A stretch of DNA of 64,000 bases from Acidobacteriota bacterium (GCA_965249245.1 CBDFLV010000004.1:95189-159188); one strand, 5' to 3'; positions 46,907 to 59,703 are shown, numbered from the stretch's first letter. Notes: a model not told the origin generated them from the sequence alone. Numbers and translations are program-made.

Positions 46907-47110
46907 TTAGGACTCAGCTGAGGCCCGCCGCTTTTCATTGATCACCGTCTTGACTCTGGCAAGATCTTTGCGAACTCCACGAAACCTCATCACGTTCTCC
47001 AACTGACCCGTGGCCATCTGAAAGCGTAACTTGAATAACTGCTCTGAGAGGCTCACGGCTTCCGCTTCAAGATCCTCGACTGACATGTCCCGAAACTGGC
47101 TGGCTTTCAT
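46907..47110 (-). CDS. rpmC: 50S ribosomal protein L29
   Basis: [39 protein letters not shown]. Confidence 0.9.
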   Translation of the reverse strand: MKASQFRDMSVEDLEAEAVSLSEQLFKLRFQMATGQLENVMRFRGVRKDLARVKTVINEKRRASAES

Positions 47111-47523
47111 TATTCACCCAATCGAGTCACGAATTTGGTTCGAATCGAGAGCTTATGTGAGGCCAGTCGCATGGCTTCCCGGGCGACATCCTCGGTCACT
47201 CCCTCCATTTCATAGAGAACCCGTCCCGGTTTCACCCGTGCAACCCAGCCTTCCAGGGCTCCCTTGCCCTTACCCATGCGGGTCTCCGCCGGTTTCTTCG
47301 TAAAGGGAGTGTCGGGAAAGATACGGATCCAGACCTTACCCCCTCTCTTGATATAGCGAGTGATGGCAATTCTGGCTGCCTCGATCTGCCGGTTACTGAT
47401 GCGACCCGGCTCCATTGCCTTGAGGCCGAACTCACCGAACTGAACCTTGCTGCCTCGATGGGCCTTCCCCCTGAGACGTCCCTTCATCCGTTTCCGATAC
47501 TTGACCTTCTTGGGCTGCAACAT
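47110..47523 (-). CDS. rplP: 50S ribosomal protein L16
   Basis: [36 protein letters not shown]. Confidence 0.95.
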   Translation of the reverse strand: MLQPKKVKYRKRMKGRLRGKAHRGSKVQFGEFGLKAMEPGRISNRQIEAARIAITRYIKRGGKVWIRIFPDTPFTKKPAETRMGKGKGALEGWVARVKPGRVLYEMEGVTEDVAREAMRLASHKLSIRTKFVTRLGE

Positions 47524-47541
47524 GGCTGTACTTCTCTACTC

Positions 47542-48189
47542 TCAGTCGTTTCCAAGCGTTTCCGGATCGAAAATGTCGCCCTTGTAAATCCATACCTTGA
47601 CCCCGATCACGCCATAACTTGTAAAGGCTTCGGCCAACCCGTACTCAATGTCGGCCCGCAACGTGTGCAGGGGCAACCGACCATGGAGATACCATTCGGC
47701 CCGGGCGATCTCGGCTCCATTCAAGCGCCCGCCACACCGGACTTTGATCCCCTTGGCCCCAAAGCGCAGGGCCGTATCCACCGCACGTCGCATGGCACGC
47801 CGAAAAGCCACCCGCTTGATCAGTTGCTGGGCGATAGATTCCGCCACCAGCTGAGCATCGAGCTCAGGCTTGTGGATCTCTTGAATGTTAATGAAGACCT
47901 CCCGGCCCGTAGCGGCCTCCAGGTCCTCTTTCAACCGATCAATCTCGCTGCCCTTTCGACCAATCACGATTCCCGGCCTGGAAGTCCGAATTACGAGAGT
48001 GAGCTTGTTGGCTGCTCGCTCGATTTCAATCGAGGAAATGCCGGCGTGGAAAAAGCGATCCTTGAGCTTCCGTTTGATGCGTAGATCCTCCTGCAGAAGC
48101 TCACCGTAATTCTTGGTCGCAAACCAGCGTGAACGCCAGGTTTTGGTGTAGCCCAACCGAAAACCATAGGGGTGTACTTTTTGACCCAA
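47542..48189 (-). CDS. rpsC: 30S ribosomal protein S3
   Basis: [26 protein letters not shown] domain. Confidence 0.95.
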   Translation of the reverse strand: MGQKVHPYGFRLGYTKTWRSRWFATKNYGELLQEDLRIKRKLKDRFFHAGISSIEIERAANKLTLVIRTSRPGIVIGRKGSEIDRLKEDLEAATGREVFINIQEIHKPELDAQLVAESIAQQLIKRVAFRRAMRRAVDTALRFGAKGIKVRCGGRLNGAEIARAEWYLHGRLPLHTLRADIEYGLAEAFTSYGVIGVKVWIYKGDIFDPETLGND

Positions 48190-48199
48190 ACTGCTCCTC

Positions 48200-48550
48200 C
48201 TATGAACCCTGACCGTCCGAAACTCGAACAGTAATGTGACTCAGCCTTCTCATTTGACGATGGGCGCGACCCATGGGAGCCGGCCGGATTCGGCTTTTCC
48301 CCTTGGTCGGTCCTATATCGACGAAGGCCTCCTTGACATAGAGATCCTCGACATCCAGGGCAGAGTTCTTTTGCTCCGCGTTTGCAATAGCGGACCGCAA
48401 CACCTTCTCGATGGGCCGGGCGAATCTCTTTTGTGAAAATCTAAGAATGGTCAGGGCTTCCGCCACTTTCTTACCCCGGATCAGATCGATGACAAGCCGA
48501 GCCTTGTAGGGTGATCCCTTAATGTATTTACCTTTTGCTTTCGCTTCCAT
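48200..48550 (-). CDS. rplV: 50S ribosomal protein L22
   Basis: [38 protein letters not shown]. Confidence 0.95.
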   Translation of the reverse strand: MEAKAKGKYIKGSPYKARLVIDLIRGKKVAEALTILRFSQKRFARPIEKVLRSAIANAEQKNSALDVEDLYVKEAFVDIGPTKGKSRIRPAPMGRAHRQMRRLSHITVRVSDGQGS

Positions 48551-48558
48551 CTCAGCTC

Positions 48559-48843
48559 TCAGCGCATTCGCGACGTCTTTTCGGACCTTCTGATATGCCC
48601 CTTGAAGATTCGGGTCGGGGAGAACTCACCCAGCTTGTGCCCCACCATGTTTTCGGTGATGAAAATCGGAATAAAACGTCTTCCGTTGTGGACCGCAATC
48701 GTCAAGCTGACCATTTCGGGAACGATCATAGAGCGTCGAGACCAGGTCTTGATCACGCCGCCCTCCTTGGTGGCCACTGCGTGACGAACTTTCTTCATCA
48801 AGTGATCGTCAACGAAAGGCCCTTTCTTGATCGATCTGGGCAT
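48559..48843 (-). CDS. rpsS: 30S ribosomal protein S19
   Basis: [19 protein letters not shown]...[29 protein letters not shown]. Confidence 0.95.
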   Translation of the reverse strand: MPRSIKKGPFVDDHLMKKVRHAVATKEGGVIKTWSRRSMIVPEMVSLTIAVHNGRRFIPIFITENMVGHKLGEFSPTRIFKGHIRRSEKTSRMR

Positions 48844-48858
48844 TGGATACTCCTTTTC

Positions 48859-49680
48859 CTATTTCCTTCTCCGTAGGATGAAACGGTCCGTTCTCTTGTT
48901 GTTTCGAGTCCTGTAGCCCTTGGTGGGCCATCCCCAGGGAGAGCAGGGATGTCTGCCGCCCGACGTTTTGCCTTCGCCACCGCCCATCGGGTGGTCAACC
49001 GGGTTCATGGCGACTCCCCGGACTTTGGGCCGGCGGCCACGCCATCGAGATGCACCTGCTTTTCCAAAGGAAACGTTCTCATGGCTGGTGTTCCCGACCT
49101 GGCCCACAGTAGCACGGCACAGGATAAAGATCTTTCGTACCTCACCTGAAGGCATTCGGATCTGAGCATAGCGACCCTCCTTGGCCACCAGCTGGGCGGA
49201 TCCTCCAGCGCTTCGGACCAGCTGGCCTCCTCGACCAGGCGTCAGCTCCAGGTTATGAATTGTCGTTCCCAGCGGCATGTTGACCAGCGGAAGATTGTTG
49301 CCGGGAACGATGTCTGCATCGGGCCCGGAAATGACGCTGTCGTCGGGCTTCATACGCGCGGTTGCCAGTATGTAGCGTTTCTCTCCGTCTGCGTAATGGA
49401 GACGCGCGATCCAGGCACTGCGGTTTGGATCATACTCGATGGATGCAACCTTCGCCGGGATGCCATCCTTGTCTCGACGGAAGTCAACAATCCGATATCT
49501 TCTCTTGTGGCCTCCACCCCGGCGTCGAACTGCGATTCGCCCCGTGTCGCTGCGGCCGCTGATGCGCTTCTTCCCACTCGTCAGCCGCCTCAGAGGCTTC
49601 ACATCAGCCAGATCGTCTCTGCTGTCAACGGTACGAAAACGTCGCCCCGGGGATGTGGGCTTGTAACCCTTAATAGCCAT
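48859..49680 (-). CDS. rplB: 50S ribosomal protein L2
   Basis: 273 aa; [15 protein letters not shown]...[20 protein letters not shown]. Confidence 0.95.
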   Translation of the reverse strand: MAIKGYKPTSPGRRFRTVDSRDDLADVKPLRRLTSGKKRISGRSDTGRIAVRRRGGGHKRRYRIVDFRRDKDGIPAKVASIEYDPNRSAWIARLHYADGEKRYILATARMKPDDSVISGPDADIVPGNNLPLVNMPLGTTIHNLELTPGRGGQLVRSAGGSAQLVAKEGRYAQIRMPSGEVRKIFILCRATVGQVGNTSHENVSFGKAGASRWRGRRPKVRGVAMNPVDHPMGGGEGKTSGGRHPCSPWGWPTKGYRTRNNKRTDRFILRRRK

Positions 49681-49685
49681 GGAAT

Positions 49686-49988
49686 CTAAACACCTTCAAA
49701 GAACTCGATCTCTTTCTCACCAGACTTGAGGGTCACGTAGGCTTTCTTCCAGGACGCTCGCCGCCCAACGTTGCGACCCTGGCGCTTTAGCTTCCCCTGG
49801 AAGTTAGCGGTCCGGATCTTCTCAACCTTGACCTCAAAGATTCTCTCGATCGCCTCACGAATCTGATGCTTGGTCGCTTCATTTCTCACTTTGAAAACCA
49901 CAACGCGACCCTCATTGTTGTCTTTGAGAAGGGTGGTTTTCTCAGTGATATGGGGGGACTTGAGGATGTCGAACTTTGCGATCTTCAT
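49686..49988 (-). CDS. rplW: 50S ribosomal protein L23
   Basis: [47 protein letters not shown]. Confidence 0.95.
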   Translation of the reverse strand: MKIAKFDILKSPHITEKTTLLKDNNEGRVVVFKVRNEATKHQIREAIERIFEVKVEKIRTANFQGKLKRQGRNVGRRASWKKAYVTLKSGEKEIEFFEGV

Positions 49989-50611
49989 GGGGCCAGCGTC
50001 TCCTCGAGCTGTGTCACGGCTTCCCTGGAGAGAATCAGATGTTCACAATCGAGCAAGTCATACACGTTCACCCCATTGGCTGGGACCATCTTCACACCGG
50101 GAAGGTTCCGAGAACTCAGATAGAGGTTACGGTTCTTGAGCTCGTCAACGATCAGAACTTTTCCCGACAGATCGAAAACCTCGAGAATGCCTGCCAAATC
50201 CCGGGTCTTATGGCTCTCCACGTTGAGGTCTTGCAACACGATCAGCCGCTGGTGACGCAGTTTGTCGGAGAGTACCATGCGAACCGCTCCCCGCTTCTTC
50301 TTGCGGGGAAAGCGCTGCGAATAGTCACGCGGCTGGGGACCAAACACGGTCCCTCCTTTTCGCCACAGCGGACTTCGCAGGCTACCAACGCGGGCACGAC
50401 CGGTTCCTTTCTGGCGCCACGGTTTCCCTCCACCTCCTCGAACCTCAACACGGTTCTTGGTCTTGTGAGATCCTTTCCTCTGCCCTGCCAGGAAAGCCCG
50501 AACGGCTTCCCAGACCAGAGTCTCGCTGGCGCTGTAATCAAAGACCGCGTCGTTGAGCTCCAGCTCACCAACCGGCTTGTTCTTCAGATTCCTGACTTCG
50601 ACCTTAGCCAT
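49985..50611 (-). CDS. rplD: 50S ribosomal protein L4
   Basis: [26 protein letters not shown]... Confidence 0.95.
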   Translation of the reverse strand: MAKVEVRNLKNKPVGELELNDAVFDYSASETLVWEAVRAFLAGQRKGSHKTKNRVEVRGGGGKPWRQKGTGRARVGSLRSPLWRKGGTVFGPQPRDYSQRFPRKKKRGAVRMVLSDKLRHQRLIVLQDLNVESHKTRDLAGILEVFDLSGKVLIVDELKNRNLYLSSRNLPGVKMVPANGVNVYDLLDCEHLILSREAVTQLEETLAP

Positions 50612-50615
50612 TGTT

Positions 50616-51251
50616 CTATCCGCTCGATCTGCAAATCTGGACGTAGTTCCCGCGGCTTCCTGGAATGGCCCCCTTCACGAGCAGCAGATTCCGGTCTGTA
50701 TCAATTTTGACTACCCTCAGGTTCTTCACGGTCCTTCTTCGGTTGCCCATGTGCCCGGGGCCCCGCATTCCTTTCAACACTCGACTGGGAGAAGCGCTTT
50801 GGCCGATCGAACCCGGGGCGCGGTGAAACATGGACCCGTGGGTCGCATTGCCGCCGGAGAATCCATGTCGTTTGATGACACCCTGGAAACCCCTGCCGAT
50901 GGTCTTGCTCAGGATGTCGACCTTGTCGTCGACGGCAAATACGTCCTGCACCAGCACCTGGTCACCCACCGAGATCTCTTTTTCCTTCTCCTCCGTGAAA
51001 TCGAACTCACGGAGGCGGCGGGTGGCGGCGACACCGGCCTTGGCAAAATGACCACCCTCCGGCTTATTGACCTTGGCGGGTTCTTTTTCGATCAGGCCGA
51101 GCTGGACCGCCTGGTAACCGTCGCTTGAAGTGGTTTTCTTCTGCACTACAACACAAGGCCCGACCCGAAGAACAGTCACCGGAACCACCTGACCCTGATC
51201 GTCAAAGATCTGAGTCATACCTAGTTTCTTGCCGATCAAACCCTTCACCAT
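50616..51251 (-). CDS. rplC: 50S ribosomal protein L3
   Basis: [28 protein letters not shown]. Confidence 0.95.
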   Translation of the reverse strand: MVKGLIGKKLGMTQIFDDQGQVVPVTVLRVGPCVVVQKKTTSSDGYQAVQLGLIEKEPAKVNKPEGGHFAKAGVAATRRLREFDFTEEKEKEISVGDQVLVQDVFAVDDKVDILSKTIGRGFQGVIKRHGFSGGNATHGSMFHRAPGSIGQSASPSRVLKGMRGPGHMGNRRRTVKNLRVVKIDTDRNLLLVKGAIPGSRGNYVQICRSSG

Positions 51252-51254
51252 GTC

Positions 51255-51581
51255 TTATTCTTTCTCGGTGCCGAAGGCCTTGATTTCGACATCGATGGCT
51301 GCCGGCAGATCCAGTTTCATGAGGGCATCTACTGTCTGGGGTGTCGGTTCGAGAATGTCCACCAGTCTCTTGTGAGTCCTCACCTCGAACTGCTCCCTCG
51401 ATTTCTTGTCTACATGAGGCGATCTCAAAACGGTGTATCGGCTGATCTTGGTTGGCAGCGGAACCGGACCCGAAACGCGTGCCCCTGTTCTCTTGGCAAT
51501 GTCCACAATCTCACGCGTCGACTGATCCAGAGCGCGATGATCGAAAGCCTTCAGTCGAATCCTGATCTTTTCATCAAACAT
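51255..51581 (-). CDS. rpsJ: 30S ribosomal protein S10 (start at [15 protein letters not shown])
   Basis: [40 protein letters not shown]; ORF-track 11-aa extension trimmed. Confidence 0.95.
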   Translation of the reverse strand: MFDEKIRIRLKAFDHRALDQSTREIVDIAKRTGARVSGPVPLPTKISRYTVLRSPHVDKKSREQFEVRTHKRLVDILEPTPQTVDALMKLDLPAAIDVEIKAFGTEKE

Positions 51582-51638
51582 AGAAATTCGATGCCCCTTT
51601 CCTCGATCCGACACCTGCCATAGTCATATCCAGCTTTC

Positions 51639-52826
51639 CTACTCCAGAATTTCGGTAATGGTACCGGCCCCGACCGTTCTTCCGCCTTCCCGAATGGCGA
51701 ATCGCAGCCCCTTCTCCATCGCGATCGGCGTGATCAGGTCCACCGCTGCCGACACATTGTCGCCCGGCATCACCATCTCCGTCCCGGACGGCAATTCCAC
51801 CACTCCCGTCACATCCGTCGTACGAAAATAAAACTGTGGCCGGTATCCCTTGAAAAACGGCGTGTGCCGCCCTCCTTCTTCCTTCGTCAATATATAGGCT
51901 TCCGCCTTGAACTTCGTGTGCGGCGTGATCGTCCCCGTCTGCGCCACCACCTGGCCTCGCTCCACATCGTCCTTGTCCGTCCCCCTCAACAGTAACCCTA
52001 CATTGTCTCCTGCCTGCCCCTCGTCCAGCAGCTTCTTGAACATCTCCACTCCCGTCACCACTCGCTTCATCGTCTCCCGGATCCCCACGATCTCCATCTC
52101 CTGCCCGACCTTCACCATACCTCGCTCCACTCGTCCCGTCACTACCGTCCCTCGACCACTGATCGAAAAAATGTCCTCGATCGGCATCAAAAACGGCTTG
52201 TCCACCGCTCGCTCCGGTACCGGTATGTACTCGTCCGCCGCCGCCATCAACTCCCGTACCTGCGTCTTCCCTTCCTCATCTCCCTCCAATGCCTTCAACG
52301 CACTCCCCTTCACCACAGGTATCTCGTCTCCAGGAAACTCATACTTCGACAGCAGCTCTCTCACCTCCAACTCCACCAACTCCACCAGTTCCTCGTCGTC
52401 CACCATGTCCACTTTGTTCAAAAACACCACGATGAACGGCACTCCTACCTGACGCGCCAGCAATATATGCTCGCGCGTTTGCGGCATCGGCCCATCCGCT
52501 GCACTCACCACCAGTATCGCCCCGTCCATCTGCGCCGCCCCCGTGATCATGTTCTTGACATAATCCGCATGCCCTGGACAGTCCACGTGCGCGTAGTGCC
52601 GACTCTCAGTCTCATACTCCACGTGCGCCGTCGCGATCGTGATCCCCCGCTCCTTCTCCTCCGGCGCATTGTCGATCGAGTCAAAGCTTCGCACCTGCGT
52701 CGTCGGATTATCCTCCGCCAGCACTCCCGTGATCGCTGCCGTCAACGTCGTCTTCCCGTGATCCACGTGACCGATCGTCCCGATATTCACGTGCGGCTTT
52801 GTCCTCTCAAACTTCGCTTTCGCCAT
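51639..52826 (-). CDS. tuf: Elongation factor Tu
   Basis: 395 aa; [22 protein letters not shown]. Confidence 0.98.
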   Translation of the reverse strand: MAKAKFERTKPHVNIGTIGHVDHGKTTLTAAITGVLAEDNPTTQVRSFDSIDNAPEEKERGITIATAHVEYETESRHYAHVDCPGHADYVKNMITGAAQMDGAILVVSAADGPMPQTREHILLARQVGVPFIVVFLNKVDMVDDEELVELVELEVRELLSKYEFPGDEIPVVKGSALKALEGDEEGKTQVRELMAAADEYIPVPERAVDKPFLMPIEDIFSISGRGTVVTGRVERGMVKVGQEMEIVGIRETMKRVVTGVEMFKKLLDEGQAGDNVGLLLRGTDKDDVERGQVVAQTGTITPHTKFKAEAYILTKEEGGRHTPFFKGYRPQFYFRTTDVTGVVELPSGTEMVMPGDNVSAAVDLITPIAMEKGLRFAIREGGRTVGAGTITEILE

Positions 52827-52828
52827 GA

Positions 52829-54943
52829 CTACAGTCCACTCCCTTTCCCAGATCCCACCAGGCGCCCCTGGGTCCGCGCCGCGATCTCATCGGCAACCTG
52901 CTCCGGGACTCTGTGGTAGTGATCAAAATGCATCGTGAAGTTGGCCCGTCCCTGAGTCAGCGAACGGACGGTCGTGGCATATCCAAACATCTCCGACAGG
53001 GGAACCACAGCCGTCACGACCCGACTGTTTCCCCGTGATTCCATCTGTCCGATGCGGCCCCTGCGAGAATTGAGGTCTCCGAGGACGTCACCCGTGTAAT
53101 CCTCGTCCTCCGGCAGTACCACTTCGACACTCATCACTGGTTCCAGGAGAACCGGGTGAGCGGCCTTAGCCGCATTCTTGAAAGCCATGGAACCGGCGAT
53201 TTTAAAGGCCACCTCGGAAGAATCGACCTCGTGGAAAGAACCATCAAGAAGGGTCACCTTCACATCCTGCATTTCGTACCCAGCCAGAACACCGCTCTCC
53301 ATCGCCTCCCGGATCCCTTGCTCCACAGGGCGTATGAATTCCTTCGGAATGGCACCCCTGATGATCTGATTCTCGAACACGAACCCCTCTCCAGGCACCG
53401 GCTCAATCCGGATCTTGGCGTGCCCGTACTGGCCCCGGCCGCCCGTCTGCCGCACGAAACGGCCCTCCGCCTCTACGGCCGATCGAATCGTTTCCCGGTA
53501 AGCTACCTGTGGTTTCCCCACATTGGCGTTAGCGTCAAACTCCCGAAGCAGGCGATCCACAATGATCTCTAGATGCAGCTCACCCATCCCGGAGATGATG
53601 GTCTGTCCGGTTTCTTCATCCGTGTGGACCTTGAACGTCGGATCCTCCTGCATCAGTTTCTGCAGGGAGAACACGAGTTTCTCCTGGTCTGCACGAGTCT
53701 GCGGCTCGATCGCGACCGAGATGACTGGTTCCGGAAAGTCCATCGCTTCGAGGATGATCGGATCCTGGGGATCACAAACGGTGTCACCCGTAGCAACGTG
53801 CTTCAATCCGACAACAGCCGTGATGTCACCAGCGTGAACTTCTTTCATCTCTTCCCGCTTGTTGGCATGCATGCGCAGAATGCGGCCAATCCGTGCCTTC
53901 TTTCCCTGCCTGCTGTTCAGGACCCGTGTCCCTGCGGGTAGAGTGCCCGAGTAGACCCGCATGAAAGCCAGCTGGCCCACAAATGGATCGGTCATGATCT
54001 TGAAGATCAGCCCCGAGAATGGAGCCCGATCATCGGCCCTGCGTTCCAACTCTTCTCCGGTATCAGGATGTACTCCCTGCATCGGATCAACGTCGAGCGG
54101 GCTGGGAAGTAGACTGACAATAGCGTCCAGCAGGGGTTGGATTCCCTTGTTTTTGAAAGCACTTCCACACAGGCAGGGGGTGAAGTCGAGCCGACACGTA
54201 CCTCTCCGGAGGGCGGCGATCAACTCTTCAGGTGTGATGTCCTGACCGGCAAGATATTTTCCCAAAAGGGTATCGTCACTTTCGACTACAAGTTCCACCA
54301 TCTTCTCTCGCCACTCGACTGCCTGCTCGAGATACTCCTCGGGAATCTCGCAAGTCTCGAACTCAGCGCCCAGAGTGTCCGTCTCGTACACCACGGCCTG
54401 CATGGTAATGAGATCGATGATTCCCTCAAAGCAATCCTCCTGGCCCAGAGGAATCTGAACTGGAACCGGATTGGCGCCCAGTTTCCGGCGGATCGAATCC
54501 AGTGAAGCAAAGAAATCGGCTCCTGCTCGATCCATCTTGTTCATAAAGGCGATCCGGGGCACCCCGTACTTGTCGGCCTGTCTCCAAACCGTCTCGGACT
54601 GGGGCTCGACACCGGCCACAGCATCAAATAGCGCCACCGCACCGTCCAGGACCCGCAGAGATCGTTCTACTTCGGCAGTGAAATCAACGTGGCCCGGGGT
54701 GTCGATGATATTGATTCGGGTCTCACCCCACATGCAGGTGGTGGCCGCCGAGGTAATCGTGATTCCTCGCTCCTGCTCCTGCACCATCCAATCCATCGTG
54801 GCCGTGCCTTCATGCACTTCTCCCAGCTTGTAGGTCGTGCCGGTGTAAAACAGAACCCGCTCTGTACAGGTCGTCTTACCGGCATCGATGTGGGCCATGA
54901 TGCCGATGTTTCTGGTTTGGCTTAGCGGAACTTTTCTAGACAC
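52829..54943 (-). CDS. fusA: Elongation factor G
   Basis: 704 aa; [17 protein letters not shown], domains II-V. Confidence 0.98.
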   Translation of the reverse strand: MSRKVPLSQTRNIGIMAHIDAGKTTCTERVLFYTGTTYKLGEVHEGTATMDWMVQEQERGITITSAATTCMWGETRINIIDTPGHVDFTAEVERSLRVLDGAVALFDAVAGVEPQSETVWRQADKYGVPRIAFMNKMDRAGADFFASLDSIRRKLGANPVPVQIPLGQEDCFEGIIDLITMQAVVYETDTLGAEFETCEIPEEYLEQAVEWREKMVELVVESDDTLLGKYLAGQDITPEELIAALRRGTCRLDFTPCLCGSAFKNKGIQPLLDAIVSLLPSPLDVDPMQGVHPDTGEELERRADDRAPFSGLIFKIMTDPFVGQLAFMRVYSGTLPAGTRVLNSRQGKKARIGRILRMHANKREEMKEVHAGDITAVVGLKHVATGDTVCDPQDPIILEAMDFPEPVISVAIEPQTRADQEKLVFSLQKLMQEDPTFKVHTDEETGQTIISGMGELHLEIIVDRLLREFDANANVGKPQVAYRETIRSAVEAEGRFVRQTGGRGQYGHAKIRIEPVPGEGFVFENQIIRGAIPKEFIRPVEQGIREAMESGVLAGYEMQDVKVTLLDGSFHEVDSSEVAFKIAGSMAFKNAAKAAHPVLLEPVMSVEVVLPEDEDYTGDVLGDLNSRRGRIGQMESRGNSRVVTAVVPLSEMFGYATTVRSLTQGRANFTMHFDHYHRVPEQVADEIAARTQGRLVGSGKGSGL

Positions 54944-55020
54944 TTTTATTACTCAATTCTCCGTGCTCTGAGCATCGGAGCTTGTTTTCTGGTGATTCTG
55001 AACGAGCCAGGCGTGTCGGA

Positions 55021-55491
55021 CTACCAGCGGTAGTGCGCAAAAGCTTTGTTGGCCTCGGCCATGCGGTGTACGTCCTCCTTCTTCTTCACCGCCCCACCTC
55101 GGTTATTAGCGGCATCCATGATTTCGTTTGCCAGCCGTTGCGCCAGCGTACGTTCGTGCCGATCCCGGGTAGACAAAATCAACCAGCGAATTCCCAGAGA
55201 GCTTCGGCGTCGGGTGTTCACCTCGATTGGAACTTGATAAGTGGAACCCCCAACCCTGCGAGATTTGGTCTCAACCATTGGCTTGACGTTGTCGAGTGCC
55301 CGCCGAAAAATCTTGACCGGGTCATCGTCGGTGCGCTCCCTGACAAGATCCATGGCCGCATAGAACGCGCGCTCCGAGACTGTTTTCTTGCCGTCCCTCA
55401 TCAACTGGTTGACAAAGCGTGCAACCAGGTCACTTCCATAAATAGAGTCTGGAAGAATCTGACGTTTGGGAACTTCTCTCCGTCTCGGCAT
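55021..55491 (-). CDS. rpsG: 30S ribosomal protein S7 (start at [11 protein letters not shown])
   Basis: [40 protein letters not shown]. Confidence 0.95.
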   Translation of the reverse strand: MPRRREVPKRQILPDSIYGSDLVARFVNQLMRDGKKTVSERAFYAAMDLVRERTDDDPVKIFRRALDNVKPMVETKSRRVGGSTYQVPIEVNTRRRSSLGIRWLILSTRDRHERTLAQRLANEIMDAANNRGGAVKKKEDVHRMAEANKAFAHYRW

Positions 55492-55563
55492 TCCTGTTGC
55501 TCCAAAAACAAAACGAGCTGCACGGGGGTTCAATGCAGCTTGCATGAAAACAGAATCTTGCGA

Positions 55564-55938
55564 CTATCCCTTGGGCCTCTTCGTGCCGTACTTGGAGCGG
55601 CGTTGATTTCGACCCTCCACTCCGACGGCGTCCAGAGTTCCCCTGATGACGTGATATCTGACGCCGGGCAGGTCTTTCACACGACCTCCCCTGATCAGCA
55701 CAATCGAGTGCTCCTGCAGGTTGTGACCCACACCGGGAATATAGGTTGTGACCTCAATCCCATTCGTCAGACGGACCCGGGCCACCTTGCGAAGAGCCGA
55801 GTTCGGTTTCTTGGGTGTCTGTGTGTAAACGCGCACGCACACTCCCCTTTTCTGAGGGCAGGCCTGGAGAGCCGGACTCTTCGTCTTGCTCTTCGCACGC
55901 TTTCGCCCCTTTCTGACCAATTGATTAAACGTGGGCAC
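55564..55938 (-). CDS. rpsL: 30S ribosomal protein S12 (probable GTG start, (M)[12 protein letters not shown])
   Basis: [59 protein letters not shown]; ORF-track 18-aa extension rejected. Confidence 0.95.
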   Translation of the reverse strand: MPTFNQLVRKGRKRAKSKTKSPALQACPQKRGVCVRVYTQTPKKPNSALRKVARVRLTNGIEVTTYIPGVGHNLQEHSIVLIRGGRVKDLPGVRYHVIRGTLDAVGVEGRNQRRSKYGTKRPKG

Positions 55939-56146
55939 TGTTGGTTCTCCTAAAAACAAAAAAAGATGCCGCAGCATCATCGGAATGGACACACTTCATT
56001 GTCAAATAACGAGCTCTAGATCTTAAGCCTGCGGCCGATTCCCTGTCAAGGGCGTTCTGGGTTCCAGGTTCTCGGTTCTAAGCTCTAGGTTTTAGGTCCC
56101 TCAAGTATTACGATGAGCCGGCAGCGGCTATCGTTTCAAAGAAACC

Positions 56147-57481
56147 ATGCACTTTGTCTTGAATTACCTCTATCCGTTGCTCTACACGGTTGCCCTGCTC
56201 CTCTATTTCCCGATTTTCCTGGTCAGGCTGTTCAGGGGCGAGCAGAGCTGGAGGCCAATCTGGCGGCGAGCCGGCCGGCTGCCGCGGTCGCTGCGCGAAC
56301 TGCCCCCCAAAGAGGCTCCCCGGGTCTGGATCCATTCCGTATCGGTCGGCGAAGCGAACTCCCTGCGGCCACTGGTCGAGCAACTGGGTCTTTCCAGAGA
56401 CCGGTTGTTCATTTCCACGACTACCGAAACGGGCCAGGCCGTGGCCCGACGCCTCTATTCGGAAGAGGCGACGGTGTTCTTCTTTCCGTTGGACTGGAAA
56501 GCCAGCTGCCGCCGCTATCTTCGGGCCGTGGCTCCGGATCTGGTAATCCTGACCGAGACCGAACTGTGGCCATCCTTTATCCATTGCGTCCGGACCGCCC
56601 GTATTCCCCTGCTGCTCGTGAACGGCCGCGTCTCGCGCCGTTCCTTCAAGGGCTATCAGAGAATCGGCTTCCTGACCAGTTGGATGTTGAAAACTTTCTG
56701 CAAGCTGGGGATGCAGACTCGCGAGGACAGAGACAGGGTGGTCCGGCTGGGGGGTCCGGCCGATCGAATCCACTTGATCGGAAATCTGAAATTTGACTAC
56801 TCCCTGCCCGAGAATCCCACAGCCAGGGCGGCCGTTCGTCAGGTGGGCGTGGCTCTGGGTCAGGAAAAAGGCCACTTGATCTGGGTTTGCGGCAGCACTC
56901 ACAAGGGAGAGGAGGCGATTCTGCTGGACGTATTTCTCGCCCTTCAAAAGGAGTTCGACCATCTTCGGTGGGTGGTAGCGCCCCGCCATCCCCACCGGTC
57001 CGACTCTGTCACGAGACTGCTGGAGGCGAGTTCTCTGCGAGTCATTCGACGATCTCAACTGGAGAACTACGAAAGCATCGATCCACAGGTCGTCCTGGTG
57101 GATACGATTGGTGAACTCGCTCATCTGTATGAAATCGCTGATCTGGTCTTTGTGGGAGGTAGTCTCACTCCAGTGGGCGGGCACAACCTGATCGAGGCAG
57201 CCCATTTCAAGAAACCGATCCTGTTCGGCCCGCACATGGACAACTTCAAAGAAGTATCTGAGGTTTTCCTCGGTTCCTATGGAGCCCTGCAGGTCCAGAC
57301 GGCACAAGAGCTGCACAGCAAAATGCGCGAACTTCTGCGCGACGCTTCGACACGGCGCTGGCTGGGAGGCAACGCCCGCAGGGTCATCCGGGACAACCAG
57401 GGAGCTGTTCGTCGTACCATCGAATTGGTCCACCACTGCGCTCCGCAGCTTTCGAAACCGGGGGGCGGTGGACAGGCATGA
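56147..57481 (+). CDS. waaA: 3-deoxy-D-manno-octulosonic acid (Kdo) transferase
   Basis: 444 aa; N-terminal TM helix, GT30 motifs (SVGEANSLRPLVEQL..., VVAPRHPHR). Confidence 0.9.
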   Translation: MHFVLNYLYPLLYTVALLLYFPIFLVRLFRGEQSWRPIWRRAGRLPRSLRELPPKEAPRVWIHSVSVGEANSLRPLVEQLGLSRDRLFISTTTETGQAVARRLYSEEATVFFFPLDWKASCRRYLRAVAPDLVILTETELWPSFIHCVRTARIPLLLVNGRVSRRSFKGYQRIGFLTSWMLKTFCKLGMQTREDRDRVVRLGGPADRIHLIGNLKFDYSLPENPTARAAVRQVGVALGQEKGHLIWVCGSTHKGEEAILLDVFLALQKEFDHLRWVVAPRHPHRSDSVTRLLEASSLRVIRRSQLENYESIDPQVVLVDTIGELAHLYEIADLVFVGGSLTPVGGHNLIEAAHFKKPILFGPHMDNFKEVSEVFLGSYGALQVQTAQELHSKMRELLRDASTRRWLGGNARRVIRDNQGAVRRTIELVHHCAPQLSKPGGGGQA

Positions 57482-58515
57482 CCTATTTGCTCTCGCTGCT
57501 TTACGGCACCGGCGTTGAGATCCGCCGGCGCCTTTTCGAATGGGGGATCCTGAAGGCGAAGACCCTCCGTTCACCGGTCATCAGTGTGGGTAACCTGACT
57601 GTGGGAGGCACCGGCAAGACTCCTTTCGTGGCTTACCTGGCTCGAGTTCTCCAGAAGCTTGGCTACCAGCCCATCATCCTGAGTCGCGGATACCGTGGAA
57701 GCCGCGAAAAAACAGGAGGGATTGTCTCGGAGGGTTCCCAGCCTCTGCTCGGGCCGGATGAATGTGGTGACGAGCCCTATATGCTGGCCAGAGCTCTGCC
57801 CGGGGTCCCGGTCGTGGTCGGGAAAGATCGTTATCAAGCCGGCCGCTCGATCGAAGATCGCCACCAACGAGCCATCCATCTACTGGACGATGGATTTCAG
57901 CATCTGGCGCTGAAAAGGAACCTGAACCTTCTTCTCATTGACGGGACGGATCCCTTTGGCGGGGGGCATCTTCTACCCAGAGGGCTGCTGCGGGAACCTT
58001 TGCAGGCGATCTCACGGGCGGATATGATCGTTGTCACTCGCTCCCACCTGGCCACAGATACCGAAGGCATCGAACTGGCGATCCGTCGTCGCCACCCCAC
58101 CGTTCCAATCGCCTACTTCTACCACGACGCCGTAGGACTGAAAGACCTTCGAACTGGAACGCCTTTCCTGCTTCGTGATCTGATGAACCAGCCAGTGATC
58201 GTCGTGGCGGCAATCGGCAATCCGGTGGTGTTTCTTAGAGATCTGGCTCACTACCAGATTCGGGTGGTCGAGCAGATTCTCTTCCGCGACCATCATGTTT
58301 TCCGGCAGAGCGAACTGGATAGAGCCCTGGATCGGTCTGCACAACTGGGGGCCCGTTGCGTGATCACTACCGAAAAAGATGCGGTTCGGCTGAACCACCT
58401 TCAGTTCGAGGAGGGAGAATTGATGGTCTTCCAGATCGAGGCTCGACCCGAAGACCCTGACGAGTTCTTGAGGATCTGGAGGGAAGAACTCGAGAACCTG
58501 CTGCCACCACAATGA
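57478..58515 (+). CDS. lpxK: Tetraacyldisaccharide 4'-kinase
   Basis: 345 aa; P-loop VISVGNLTVGGTGKTP; overlaps waaA stop. Confidence 0.9.
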   Translation: MTYLLSLLYGTGVEIRRRLFEWGILKAKTLRSPVISVGNLTVGGTGKTPFVAYLARVLQKLGYQPIILSRGYRGSREKTGGIVSEGSQPLLGPDECGDEPYMLARALPGVPVVVGKDRYQAGRSIEDRHQRAIHLLDDGFQHLALKRNLNLLLIDGTDPFGGGHLLPRGLLREPLQAISRADMIVVTRSHLATDTEGIELAIRRRHPTVPIAYFYHDAVGLKDLRTGTPFLLRDLMNQPVIVVAAIGNPVVFLRDLAHYQIRVVEQILFRDHHVFRQSELDRALDRSAQLGARCVITTEKDAVRLNHLQFEEGELMVFQIEARPEDPDEFLRIWREELENLLPPQ

Positions 58516-58548
58516 TTCAGAACTCACCTTCCAGCACCGGGATACTTT

Positions 58549-59607
58549 ATGAGTCGCCAACTTCTGATTCGAGCCAGTAATTGGATCGGGGATTGCGTCA
58601 TGTCGGTGGCAGCCGTCAAAGAATTGCGGCGCTTGCACCCTGAAGACCAGTTGACGATTGCCGGTTACGGCCGGGTCACAGGTGTTTTCGAAGGACAGGC
58701 CTTCGTCGACCGGGTCATCGCCCTGGAACATGCCGGAGGGTGGGCACGGATTCGCGCGGAGAGCCGGGCGCTGCGCGGCTCGGATCTAGTCGTCCTGTTC
58801 CCAAACTCCTTTTCCTCGGCCCTTCCTGCTTTTCTGGCTCGAGTTCCGGATCGGCTCGGCTACGGAACGGACGGCCGCTCCCTGCTGCTCACTCGCCGGG
58901 TCCGGCCCCAAAGTATGCGCCTCGGATATCACCAGGCGTTCTATTACCTGGATCTGATCCATCAACTGGGACTCTCTGAAGTCGACTATCTTGGGGACAG
59001 GAACTACGCTCCGGACATCACTCTGGAGGCCGACAAGTCGGCCAGCGAGAAAGCGAGGAGTCTTCTGGAAGAGGCGGGGGTAGACCGCGGCCGGCCGCTC
59101 GTGGCCCTGAATCCCGGAGCCGCTTTTGGGCCGGCCAAGCGTTGGTTTCTGGATCGCTTTGCAGCTGTCGCAGATCTGCTTGTGGAGGAGGAAGGAGCGG
59201 AGATCCTGCTCATAGGGTCCAGTCCGGAAGTCCCGCTTGCCAGGCAGATCGAGAAGCAGATGCGGACCAGTCCACACTGCTTGAGTGGAAAAACCAGTCT
59301 GCCGACTCTGATGGGTCTACTCAGCCAGTGTGATCTGTTACTGACCAACGACTCCGGTCCGATGCACCTGGCTGCAGCCCTGCACATCCCCCAGGTAGCT
59401 CTCTTCGGCTCTACCGACGAGATCGCTACCGGCCCCCTCAGCCATCGCGCCGTCGTCATTCACAAGCACGTCGAGTGCAGCCCCTGCCTGCTCAGAGACT
59501 GTCCGATTGACCTGCGCTGTTTCGACAGAATAGCCGTGGATGAAGTGTTCGAGGCGGCACAGGGATTGCTTCGTTCCAAATTCCAGTGGAGAGATGGCGA
59601 AGTGTAG
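58549..59607 (+). CDS. waaF: ADP-heptose:LPS heptosyltransferase II (GT9)
   Basis: 352 aa; GT9 motifs (IRASNWIGDCVMSVAAVKELRRLHP, LTNDSGPMHLAAAL). Confidence 0.85.
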   Translation: MSRQLLIRASNWIGDCVMSVAAVKELRRLHPEDQLTIAGYGRVTGVFEGQAFVDRVIALEHAGGWARIRAESRALRGSDLVVLFPNSFSSALPAFLARVPDRLGYGTDGRSLLLTRRVRPQSMRLGYHQAFYYLDLIHQLGLSEVDYLGDRNYAPDITLEADKSASEKARSLLEEAGVDRGRPLVALNPGAAFGPAKRWFLDRFAAVADLLVEEEGAEILLIGSSPEVPLARQIEKQMRTSPHCLSGKTSLPTLMGLLSQCDLLLTNDSGPMHLAAALHIPQVALFGSTDEIATGPLSHRAVVIHKHVECSPCLLRDCPIDLRCFDRIAVDEVFEAAQGLLRSKFQWRDGEV

Positions 59608-59703
59608 GAGCCGCTTCCATGCGGCGATCTGATCGGACCACGGAGGGTCCTCCTACTCAGGTAACCTAGAACCTGCACGACAAACCTGCGAGAATTCAAG
59701 GCA

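Noticed and set aside
45531-50710. Long plus-strand ORFs across the ribosomal cluster (e.g. 45531..46259, 45869..46366, 49976..50710, 47458..48084)
   Set aside because: Antisense to highly conserved r-protein genes in GC-rich DNA; translations are low-complexity (Arg/Pro/Ser-rich) with no family resemblance
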